A stretch of DNA of 64,000 bases from Flavobacteriales bacterium (GTDB lineage Bacteria; Bacteroidota; Bacteroidia; Flavobacteriales_F; PHOS-HE28): positions 769,084 through 833,083 of the forward strand of contig JADKHI010000001.1 of the NCBI GenBank assembly GCA_016721825.1, given 5' to 3'. Positions 19,964-27,982 of the stretch are shown in pieces. Positions within the stretch are counted from its first letter, which is position 1; each line of letters opens with the position of its first letter. The notes beneath the pieces are model-generated. The model was not told the DNA's origin and did not search any database. It saw only the letters and a list, made by a program, of their open reading frames with translations. Both the position numbers and the translations under genes were made by a program.

Positions 19964-20554
19964 ATGCGCTTCCCAGCTCTCCTTCTTGCCTGCGCAGCCT
20001 TCCTGCTGAGCAGTTCCGCGCTTCACGCCCAACGGCTCTTCGATCTAGGGCTCAAAGGCGGCGTGAACATGGACGACCTTTCCACCACCTTCTCACACAC
20101 GGCCATCGTAGGTGGGAACTTCGGCGTCTTCGCCAGAGTGAAACCGCCTTTGCTTCCTGGCCTGCAAGGTGAGGTGCTCCTGTCCAGCGTCGGCAGTTCC
20201 GTGACCGTGGAAGGCCAAACAGCGGAACTACGATCGGTGGACCTGCAGTTGCCGCTTTTCCTCATCATGGCCTTCGGACCTGCCGAACTCCATGCAGGTG
20301 GATATTACGCCCGCCATCTGATCAAGTCCATCGATGGGGAACAGGCGATCACGATCAACGGCGAGAAGGTGAGCCTCAGCGCGCTGAACGATGACTCGTA
20401 CGGGATCCTGGTCGGAGCCGGATTGCGCCTGAAGCAGTTCTATGCCGGTGCGCGCTACAACTTCGGCCTGGGCAGCATCGGCACCGGCCCCTATCTGGAT
20501 GATGTGAAGAACCGCCAGGCACAGCTCTATATCGGCTGGGGTTTCTTTAAGTGA
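19964..20554 (+). CDS. outer-membrane beta-barrel (porin-family) protein
   Basis: Signal peptide MRFPALLLACAAFLLSSSALHAQ. About 197 aa with alternating hydrophobic beta-strand pattern ending in a C-terminal aromatic (GWGFFK). Confidence 0.55.
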   Translation: MRFPALLLACAAFLLSSSALHAQRLFDLGLKGGVNMDDLSTTFSHTAIVGGNFGVFARVKPPLLPGLQGEVLLSSVGSSVTVEGQTAELRSVDLQLPLFLIMAFGPAELHAGGYYARHLIKSIDGEQAITINGEKVSLSALNDDSYGILVGAGLRLKQFYAGARYNFGLGSIGTGPYLDDVKNRQAQLYIGWGFFK

Positions 20555-20581
20555 ACGTGAGCCTGTCTTTCCAACCAGACC

Positions 20582-21118
20582 TCAATGCCAGGTCCGACCT
20601 CCTTCCTCCACCTTCTCCTCAGCATAGTGGAACAGCCGTTCACGCGGGCTGGTACATGTGCGCACTGGTGCTGTGGCTGGCACGAAAGGTTCATTGCCCC
20701 GACGGTAGATGAACTCGCTGATGAAGGGCTCGTAAGCATACAAGCCTGTACGTTCCACCGTGACCCGGAGCGTGTCATCCATAAGCACCCAGCTGCCGCT
20801 CTGCATTGAAAGTGTGTCACCCTCCAAAGGCTCGCACGGATCGGACACACCGTAGTTTCCGATGTACAAGATGCTCCATACATCCTCGAAGGTGATCTGC
20901 TGGAACGCGCCATCGGCGAAGAAGAACAGGCGGCTGTCCTCTTCGGTGTAGCCAGCGATGCATTCACCATTGGGACCGTGCATCATCGGCAGGCCGCTCC
21001 AATGTTGATACTCACGACCCACCCAAGGCAGAGCTGCGATCGTGTCGGCCTGCGCGACCATCACGACATGGACTCCACACATACTGAACAGACCGGTGAA
21101 AATGCGAAGGGTCCACAT
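20582..21118 (-). CDS. secreted hypothetical protein
   Basis: Start at ATG 21118 gives a signal peptide MWTLRIFTGLFSMCGVHVVMVAQA. No known domain recognised. Confidence 0.4.
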   Translation of the reverse strand: MWTLRIFTGLFSMCGVHVVMVAQADTIAALPWVGREYQHWSGLPMMHGPNGECIAGYTEEDSRLFFFADGAFQQITFEDVWSILYIGNYGVSDPCEPLEGDTLSMQSGSWVLMDDTLRVTVERTGLYAYEPFISEFIYRRGNEPFVPATAPVRTCTSPRERLFHYAEEKVEEGGRTWH

Positions 21119-21262
21119 CAGCTCCTTTGACGTATGCCCTCCGCGTTCCGTTGGTCGGCACATGAGGGATGTGACGGATCCGATCGCGTCGGGACGAAAC
21201 GTGCCCAAGGAGGCAACACACCCCCCCGGTCCCGCATGGACGGAATCGCTACTTTCGATGGC

Positions 21263-22087
21263 ATGCGCGCATCCCTCCACCTCACCCTCTGGTCACTGCT
21301 CTTCAACGGCGTTGTCCAAGCGCAATGTGAGCAGAACAACCTGTTGAGCAACGGCGCCTTCAACGGCACCGAAGGCGAGGGTGTGACCGCGACAGGCTGG
21401 ACAGGCGCCGGCACTCCTGACCTGAACGATGAGAACGGCCCGTTGAACACCACTTCCGGCTATCTATGGCAAGGAACGCCACAGGCCTCGCCGAACGGGG
21501 GCACCTGGCAGAACATCTGTTGCGCGGAGGAAGGGGTCCAACAGACGGTGACCACGATCCCCGGACAAGCGTACACCCTGTGCTTCAGCTACCAGTCGCA
21601 GGGCATCTACTATCCAGGGGAGACCTTTGTGTACTCGGACCCGGCTTGCATTTCGGTGTTGATCGATGGCACCCCGTGGTATGCCACCCCGCTCGATTCC
21701 TCGCTCTTCACCTGGGAGCAGGCCTGCACCGACTTCACCGCCACCGGCACCTCCACCACCATCACATTGGAGACCTGCGGCGGCCCGCAGGTGTACGTGG
21801 CCATCGACGGCATGTGTCTCTACACCTCGTTCAACGTGGGCATTGATGAAGCCGCCCTTTTCACACCCACGCTGTTCCCCAACCCCGCGACCGGTGATTG
21901 CCGGATCACGCACGCCGGGCCCTTCGACCACCTGGTCGCCACGGATGCCACCGGCCGCATCACCTTCCTGCAGGTGAACGGCGATCGCGTGGACCTCTCC
22001 GGCCTTGCGACCGGCATCTACACGGTGCAATGCTGGTCCGCGAAGGGACCTGTTTCAAGTACTACGCGATTGGTGGTGGTGGGGTGA
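21263..22087 (+). CDS. secreted DUF642/CBM-like protein with T9SS C-terminal sorting domain
   Basis: Signal peptide MRASLHLTLWSLLFNGVVQAQ. C-terminal LFPNPATGDCRI...GIYTVQCWSAKG is a T9SS CTD. Confidence 0.6.
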   Translation: MRASLHLTLWSLLFNGVVQAQCEQNNLLSNGAFNGTEGEGVTATGWTGAGTPDLNDENGPLNTTSGYLWQGTPQASPNGGTWQNICCAEEGVQQTVTTIPGQAYTLCFSYQSQGIYYPGETFVYSDPACISVLIDGTPWYATPLDSSLFTWEQACTDFTATGTSTTITLETCGGPQVYVAIDGMCLYTSFNVGIDEAALFTPTLFPNPATGDCRITHAGPFDHLVATDATGRITFLQVNGDRVDLSGLATGIYTVQCWSAKGPVSSTTRLVVVG

Positions 22088-22137
22088 GTGAACCGATCCG
22101 ATGAACGGGGATCGACCGTTGAGCGATCTTCGCCCAC

Positions 22138-22731
22138 ATGGCCAAGCGCACCACCCCCATCGAAGAGTCCGAAGTGCACGTGTTCACCTCGGCCGGTGAG
22201 TGGCACACCTGGCTGAAGAAGCACCACGCCAAGAACAGCGGCGTGTGGCTCCGCATCGGCAAGAAGAACAGCAGCTTCGTCACCATCAGCTACGACGAGG
22301 CTGTGGAGACGGCGCTCTGCCATGGCTGGATCGATGCCATCCGCAAGTCGTACGACGGTCTCTCATTCGTGCAACGTTTCACGCCGCGCAAGCCCCGGAG
22401 CATCTGGAGCCAGGTGAACCGCAACCGTGTGATCGCACTGATCGAGGCGGGCGTCATGATGTCCGCCGGGCTGGCGGCCGTGGAGGTGGCCAAGGCCAAT
22501 GGCGAATGGGACCGTGCCTACAGTCCCGGCTCCACCATCACCGAACCCAAGGACCTGCTCGCCGCCCTGCGCAAGAGCCCGGCCGCAAAGGCGTTCTACA
22601 AGACCTTGAACGCGCAGAACCGCTTCGCTATCCTGCACCGAATGGAGAAGACCGCCAAGCCCGAGACCCGCGCCAAGCGCTTGGCGCAGTTCGTGAAGAT
22701 GCTGGAACGGGGCGAGCGGATCCATCCGTGA
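22138..22731 (+). CDS. YdeI/OmpD-associated family protein (DUF1801-like)
   Basis: 197 aa with a sequence pattern typical of the YdeI/OmpD-associated family (WLRIGKK...HGWIDA region). Confidence 0.65.
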   Translation: MAKRTTPIEESEVHVFTSAGEWHTWLKKHHAKNSGVWLRIGKKNSSFVTISYDEAVETALCHGWIDAIRKSYDGLSFVQRFTPRKPRSIWSQVNRNRVIALIEAGVMMSAGLAAVEVAKANGEWDRAYSPGSTITEPKDLLAALRKSPAAKAFYKTLNAQNRFAILHRMEKTAKPETRAKRLAQFVKMLERGERIHP

Positions 22732-22936
22732 GTAGAAAGGCCATCCGACCCATAATACCCTTGGCGCCATGAGTTCACGCTCAACCACTGATCGGTGCCT
22801 GGGTCGACAAGTGCGCTAAGGCAACCATTCTCCGCTCCGATCAGTCTGCTCTATAAGTGGCACGCTCATCCATTGGACCGAGCCGATCCCGAACGCGCAC
22901 CTTCATTCCAACAGATCACCCGTTACGCTCCGCAAG

Positions 22937-23842
22937 ATGGCATACAACTCTAGGATTTCCGCGTTCACACTCTTCTGTATGCTGTCTTTTGTTGCACGCG
23001 CGCAACCGCCTTGTTCCGCCCGCGGATTCATCATCAACACATCGCTCAACATTTCCGGCTTCGGCGTGCAGAACCATCCGAACGACCAGATCGATTCCCT
23101 GCTATGGGATTTCGGGGATGGGCAAACCGAGCTCCAGACAGTGAACATAGGGACCGGATCAGCGGTACACACCTACGCCGCACCGGGTACGTATACCGTG
23201 ACCTTGGAGCAATGGGGGGTGGAAGATTACCCGCTCAACCCTACACCGTTCCACTGTGTCTACAGTCTCACGAACCAAGTGTACGACGTCTTCACCGACT
23301 CGCTCTGCGGAGGCGATTTCCTCGTCACGATCTCGGGTGACCATGTAACGTTCACGAACCGATCAGTGATCCATGCACCTAGCTTCAACAGCCACTCCAC
23401 GCAACCTCTATGGGTCTTCGGCAACGGCCAGGTCGGCATTCAGATCAACACGATCTATGAGGTGATCTATGCCCCTGGCACGTACACGGCCTGCCTGTAC
23501 TATGGCGGATTCTCTTTCCTGAACAATGGGTACCTGTACGACTGCGAGACATGCTAAACCTTCACGATAACGGGACCACAGGGCTTTGCCGAACGTTCGA
23601 TCCAGGATCTGGACCTATACCCCAATCCATCCGCAGAATGGATCGAGCTCCGCAGCACACAACCCTTGAACGGTGCCACGGCGACCATCTTCGACCTCAC
23701 TGGCCAGATCCTGGATGAGCGTGCTCACCGAACCGAAGACGGTCACTTCAGGATCGATGTACGCGATCTTGAACCAGGTGCTTATCACATTCGATTGAGC
23801 GACTCGCGGTCCGATCGAACAGTACGGTTCATCAAATTGTGA
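22937..23842 (+). pseudogene. PKD-domain T9SS cargo gene interrupted by an in-frame TAA (23555-23557) that separates the PKD region from an intact T9SS CTD
   Basis: PKD motif WDFGDGQ...HTYAAPGTYTVTL. Same reading frame continues after the TAA and encodes LYPNPSAEWIELRSTQPLNGATATIFDLTGQILDE...GAYHIRLSD...RFIKL, a T9SS CTD, ending at TGA 23840-23842. Confidence 0.55.
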
Positions 23843-24048
23843 TCAAGCCACGGCCCCATTGACCGGAGCGTTGCCTGCCATCTGCTCCTTCAGCCGTTCT
23901 CCACTGGATGTTACATACCTAGCATCCTGAGTAGGCCGACATCATCTCATCCTCTGCTGCGCGGTCGCACACCTCGCTTGGGGTGGGCCATTGTGTGACG
24001 AAATACCTTTGGCCCGTGGGGTCAAGGTCAATGACCGGGTGACCCTCA

Positions 24049-24519
24049 ATGACCTGCATGGAACGAAGAAACCCTCAACTGATCCGCACTGACGCGAGCG
24101 ACCCGGCCTTCCGGGAACTCGTCGCTGAACTGGACAAGGACCTCGCGATCCGCGACGGCAGCGAACACGCCTTCTTCGCCCAGTTCAACAAGCTGGATAA
24201 CATCCGGCATGTGGTGGTGGTGATGGATGGCCAGGTCGCCGTTGGCTGTGGCGCGTTCAAACCGTTCGATGAAGATGCCGTGGAGATCAAGCGGATGTAC
24301 GTGCCTCCGACGCAGCGGCAGAAAGGCATTGCCTCGTTGGTGCTGGGTGAACTGGAGCGTTGGGCCCAACAACTCGGGTACCAACGATGCGTGCTGGAAA
24401 CAGGAAAGAAGCAACCGGAAGCGATCGCGCTCTACACAAGACGTGGCTACCACCTCATCCCGAACTACGGGCAGTATGTGGGTGTGGAGAGCAGCGTGTG
24501 TTTCGAGAAGCGTTTCTGA
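24049..24519 (+). CDS. GNAT-family N-acetyltransferase
   Basis: GNAT motif A (QRQKGIASLVLGELERWAQQLGY) and GNAT-fold beta-strands. Confidence 0.8.
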   Translation: MTCMERRNPQLIRTDASDPAFRELVAELDKDLAIRDGSEHAFFAQFNKLDNIRHVVVVMDGQVAVGCGAFKPFDEDAVEIKRMYVPPTQRQKGIASLVLGELERWAQQLGYQRCVLETGKKQPEAIALYTRRGYHLIPNYGQYVGVESSVCFEKRF

Positions 24520-24549
24520 ACGCCAGCGGCCCAAGCCTGGTGAGGTAGA

Positions 24550-25014
24550 CTATTGCGCACGGGCGCGTTCCTCCGCGATCTGTTTCAACACGGCGTTCCG
24601 CTTCTCCAGAAAGCGCGTCATGTAACGCTTCAACACCAACGTGTCGAACAGCACACCCAAAGGCCAGAACGGTGTTTCGTACGCAAAGTGGTCGGACATC
24701 ATCGTCACACCATTCGTCTCCTCGAAACTGTGCTTGTGCACCATGGAGCGAAAGCGGCCCTTCACCTGGCGATCCTCGAAATGGAAGGGTGCTTCCATCG
24801 CCGTGATCTCCACCGTGAGCTGCTGCCTCATGCCGAAGTGAATAGCCTCCCAGGTGATCCGGTCCCCCGCCTCGCACACGCCACTGGTGCGGCCTGCGAT
24901 GGCCCGCTCGCGCGTATCCGATGTGCTGGCCTGATGCAGATCGATATCGCGTGCGGCATCGAAACAGATCGCGATGGGTGCATGGATGTGTGTGCGTAGT
25001 TCGATCACCGCCAT
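24550..25014 (-). CDS. SRPBCC-family protein (Bet v1/START-like ligand-binding fold)
   Basis: 154 aa with a sequence pattern typical of SRPBCC/polyketide cyclase-like proteins. Confidence 0.6.
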   Translation of the reverse strand: MAVIELRTHIHAPIAICFDAARDIDLHQASTSDTRERAIAGRTSGVCEAGDRITWEAIHFGMRQQLTVEITAMEAPFHFEDRQVKGRFRSMVHKHSFEETNGVTMMSDHFAYETPFWPLGVLFDTLVLKRYMTRFLEKRNAVLKQIAEERARAQ

Positions 25015-25076
25015 GCCTCAAAGATGGGGTCTTGTAGATCCAAGGCTGCTCATCGCGAGCGGGGCTACAGCGAAGC

Positions 25077-25754
25077 TCATCGGTCCCTCACGCACCTCAC
25101 CGCGTAGCCATCGCTCTTGTTCATATAGCCAACCCCGGTCATCATGGCAGGGACACCCGGAAGGTCGGCATAGTGGATCAGCCGGCCGCACCAGGCATCG
25201 CTCACGCTTCCTTCCACGGAGGTCCAATACACAGCTGAGCTACCGCCATGACTGAACGCACCTCCTTCCGAACGGATCCCGCTCGGAAGGCCGTTGAAGC
25301 CGCTGCTGTTGTCGATGACCGTGGCCGGACCGGGCCATTGCCCCGAACTTGCAGCCCGCATGCGGAACCCGACCGAATCCTCGCCCAGGCACGTTTCCAT
25401 CGCTTCCCACTCCAAGTCGGTGAGCACATGCCAGCCTTCCGGTGCGAGGCCGCGCGGATCGTTCACCGCATACCAATTGTAAAGTCGGCCATACGCGTGA
25501 TAGGTGGCCGAGTCGTTGTTGTACCAGCACCACGCGCCAGAGGTCAACTTCACCCATTCGCCCGGATCCGTTACCTGTGGGATGGGGTCACCGTTGCGGT
25601 AGGTGGACACGTCGAGGTTCCGGGTCGACCACGTGTGACCGCAGATCGTTGCGGGCTCGTTGGATGGAGTGATACCAGTTCCCTGCTCTCCTGCCGGTAC
25701 GGGCGAGCACGAGCAGATCGGTAGGAAGATCACAAGAACCGGGATGAACTTCAT
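25077..25754 (-). CDS. FISUMP-domain (Fibrobacter succinogenes major paralogous domain, TIGR02145) lipoprotein
   Basis: Start at ATG 25754. Lipoprotein signal MKFIPVLVIFLPICSCS. Hallmark GRLYNWYAVND and WHVLTDLEWEA motifs. The Arg/Gly-rich N-terminal extension in the track is spurious. Confidence 0.75.
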   Translation of the reverse strand: MKFIPVLVIFLPICSCSPVPAGEQGTGITPSNEPATICGHTWSTRNLDVSTYRNGDPIPQVTDPGEWVKLTSGAWCWYNNDSATYHAYGRLYNWYAVNDPRGLAPEGWHVLTDLEWEAMETCLGEDSVGFRMRAASSGQWPGPATVIDNSSGFNGLPSGIRSEGGAFSHGGSSAVYWTSVEGSVSDAWCGRLIHYADLPGVPAMMTGVGYMNKSDGYAVRCVRDR

Positions 25755-26125
25755 GGGGTAGATCGCCGGGCAGCGACAGGTTTGGGTGACAGGAACGAAC
25801 CAAGCAGCAGGAAGAGCAAACCTGCTCCGCCCAACAACAATTGCAGAAACTCCATGTCGTTGTTGCTCCCCGGCTGCATGCCGATCCAGAGGCTTGTGAA
25901 GCACAGCATAGCGCCGAACACCAGCACCACCACACGCTGCCAGGGGCGACGTCTGAACACATAGCCCACCGCGACGACCAACCCAGCGACCACCGCAGCC
26001 ACGACCACCGCACCGAACATGACCGCAGCAGCGATCGCATTCTCCGTGCCTTGGGCGCACAACGGCAATGTGACCACCGCCATCAGGACAGCCAACGAAG
26101 AACGCAGGTGATGCGCGGCGTGCAT
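25751..26125 (-). CDS. hypothetical membrane protein
   Basis: 124 aa with 3-4 hydrophobic helices. Stop overlaps the FISUMP start (ATGA). Confidence 0.4.
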   Translation of the reverse strand: MHAAHHLRSSLAVLMAVVTLPLCAQGTENAIAAAVMFGAVVVAAVVAGLVVAVGYVFRRRPWQRVVVLVFGAMLCFTSLWIGMQPGSNNDMEFLQLLLGGAGLLFLLLGSFLSPKPVAARRSTP

Positions 26126-26320
26126 GGTGACAAGATAGCCTCGGCATGAGCAGCGGTCACAGCCACAACCCCGGGGTCGTCCGTTATCGCATCAGCAGCG
26201 CGTGCACCCCGGGCCAACGCTCGAACCGGAGCTACCGGCCCATTGCCTGCTGGCCAACGAAGCCGTAACATTGACAGGAACGACCTAGGGTATCGTTCAT
26301 CCCGGTCAACACCCATCCCC

Positions 26321-27754
26321 ATGCGCAAACTGCCTGCTTTGATCGCGCTTCTGCTCTCCTTCAACGCCCATGCCCAAGTGGAAGGGAGCACGTGGTACTT
26401 CGGGGAGGACGCTGGTCTTCGCTTCAGCGAGTGCTCGGTCACCGTGCTCACCAATGGAGCAAGCCCCGGGTTCGAAGGCTGCGCTACCGTCAGCAATGCG
26501 GTGCTGGGCATGCTCTTCTACACGAACTCCGAGACGGTGTGGAACCGGCAGCATCAACCGATGCCCAACGGAACCCTGATCCCCAGCGGTAGCACACTGA
26601 GCCAGGTGCTGATCGCGAAACGCCCCCTCTCCGACTCGCTCTACTACATCATCACCACGCGCATTCAGGGCCAGGGGACCGAACTCCTGAAGTACCATGT
26701 GGTCGACATGACGCTCGCTGGAGGATACGGAGATGTAAGCTCGGCCAACAACGTGCTCACCACCGATAACGTTACCGAGACCGTGACCGCCACCCGCCAC
26801 GCCAACGGGACCGACGTGTGGATCGTAACGCACGGCTATCCCTCGAACACCTTCCAGGCCTGGCTGCTCACCTCTTCCGGCATCGCCCCCACACCCGTGA
26901 TCAGCAACGTGGGCCGTGCCTTCGTGCCCTGCAACTCGAACGTGAACGCACGGGGCGAACTGAAGTTCTCGGTGGACGGGACGCGCATCGCCATGGCCGG
27001 TGGCGGTACCGGCAACGAGCCCAACACCGACATGCTCGCGGTCTTCGACTTCGACGCGAACACCGGGGTCGTTAGCAACGCCCTTGCATTGCCTCCCCTA
27101 CGCGGTGATTTCGCCGTGTCCTTTTCGCCCGACGGAACCAAGCTTTACGGCGCCACCTGGAAAGCGCTCAACTTCTTCTCCACCGATTCCAACTACGTGT
27201 ACCAGTACGACCTGTCCAGCGGCGACTCCACCACCATCGCCAATTCGCTCACCATCCTGTGGTCGAGCACGGTGAGCGAATCGTACGGGTCCCTTCAGCT
27301 CGCGCCCGATGGGCGCATCTACTCCGCCCGCAACAACAGCGACCACCTTGGCGTGATCAATGACCCCGACCTGCCGGGCAGCGCGTGCAACTACGTGCAC
27401 AACGGCCTATTCCTCGCCGGAAAGACCAGTCGCTTCGGCCTGAACAATTTCATCCAATACGTGGACTGCGGGCTCACCACTTCCGTCAACGAGGTCCCAT
27501 CACCCCGCAACGAGCTCTTCGTCCACGCCGATCCGGGCAGTGGCTCTCTCACCATCGGTGGCACGGCCTTGGCGCCCGGCATCGTGGTGGGCCTACGCGT
27601 CACGGATGCGGCCGGTCGCATCGCGCTCAGTGTGCCGCGGATGAGCGGCTCCACCTGCAGCACAGCGGGACTGCCGGCCGGGGTGTATGTGGCCACCGTG
27701 CTGAACGAACGGAACGAACGGATCGCGAGCCGGTCCTTCGTGTGGTGCCCGTGA
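26321..27754 (+). CDS. secreted protein with probable T9SS C-terminal domain (paralog of 18429..19820)
   Basis: Signal peptide MRKLPALIALLLSFNAHAQ at ATG 26321. N-terminal homology to the 18429 gene. C-terminal LFVHADPGSGSLTIGG...AGVYVATVLNERNERIASRSFV is CTD-like. Confidence 0.65.
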   Translation: MRKLPALIALLLSFNAHAQVEGSTWYFGEDAGLRFSECSVTVLTNGASPGFEGCATVSNAVLGMLFYTNSETVWNRQHQPMPNGTLIPSGSTLSQVLIAKRPLSDSLYYIITTRIQGQGTELLKYHVVDMTLAGGYGDVSSANNVLTTDNVTETVTATRHANGTDVWIVTHGYPSNTFQAWLLTSSGIAPTPVISNVGRAFVPCNSNVNARGELKFSVDGTRIAMAGGGTGNEPNTDMLAVFDFDANTGVVSNALALPPLRGDFAVSFSPDGTKLYGATWKALNFFSTDSNYVYQYDLSSGDSTTIANSLTILWSSTVSESYGSLQLAPDGRIYSARNNSDHLGVINDPDLPGSACNYVHNGLFLAGKTSRFGLNNFIQYVDCGLTTSVNEVPSPRNELFVHADPGSGSLTIGGTALAPGIVVGLRVTDAAGRIALSVPRMSGSTCSTAGLPAGVYVATVLNERNERIASRSFVWCP

Positions 27755-27982
27755 GGTCCGATCGGTGCGCTCGCCACGATAACGCAGCCTGAAGGTCACA
27801 AGTGGCCCGCTCACTTCATCCGCCGCGCGATAGGAACTCTTGCTATACGGAGGCGGACACCCTGCGGTGGTTGAACTACTTGTGGTCCGCACGGCATGGA
27901 AGGCCATTTGAATTGTGCGATCAAACAACGCAGTTGTTCGATCGCTTCCAACGGTGATCGGGCGCATCCTATTTTTGACAGT

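Noticed and set aside
25755-26147. N-terminal 131-aa extension of the FISUMP ORF (25077..26147).
   Set aside because: Cys/Gly/Arg-rich artefact sequence. The lipoprotein signal peptide begins at ATG 25754, and a plausible membrane-protein gene occupies another frame of the same region.
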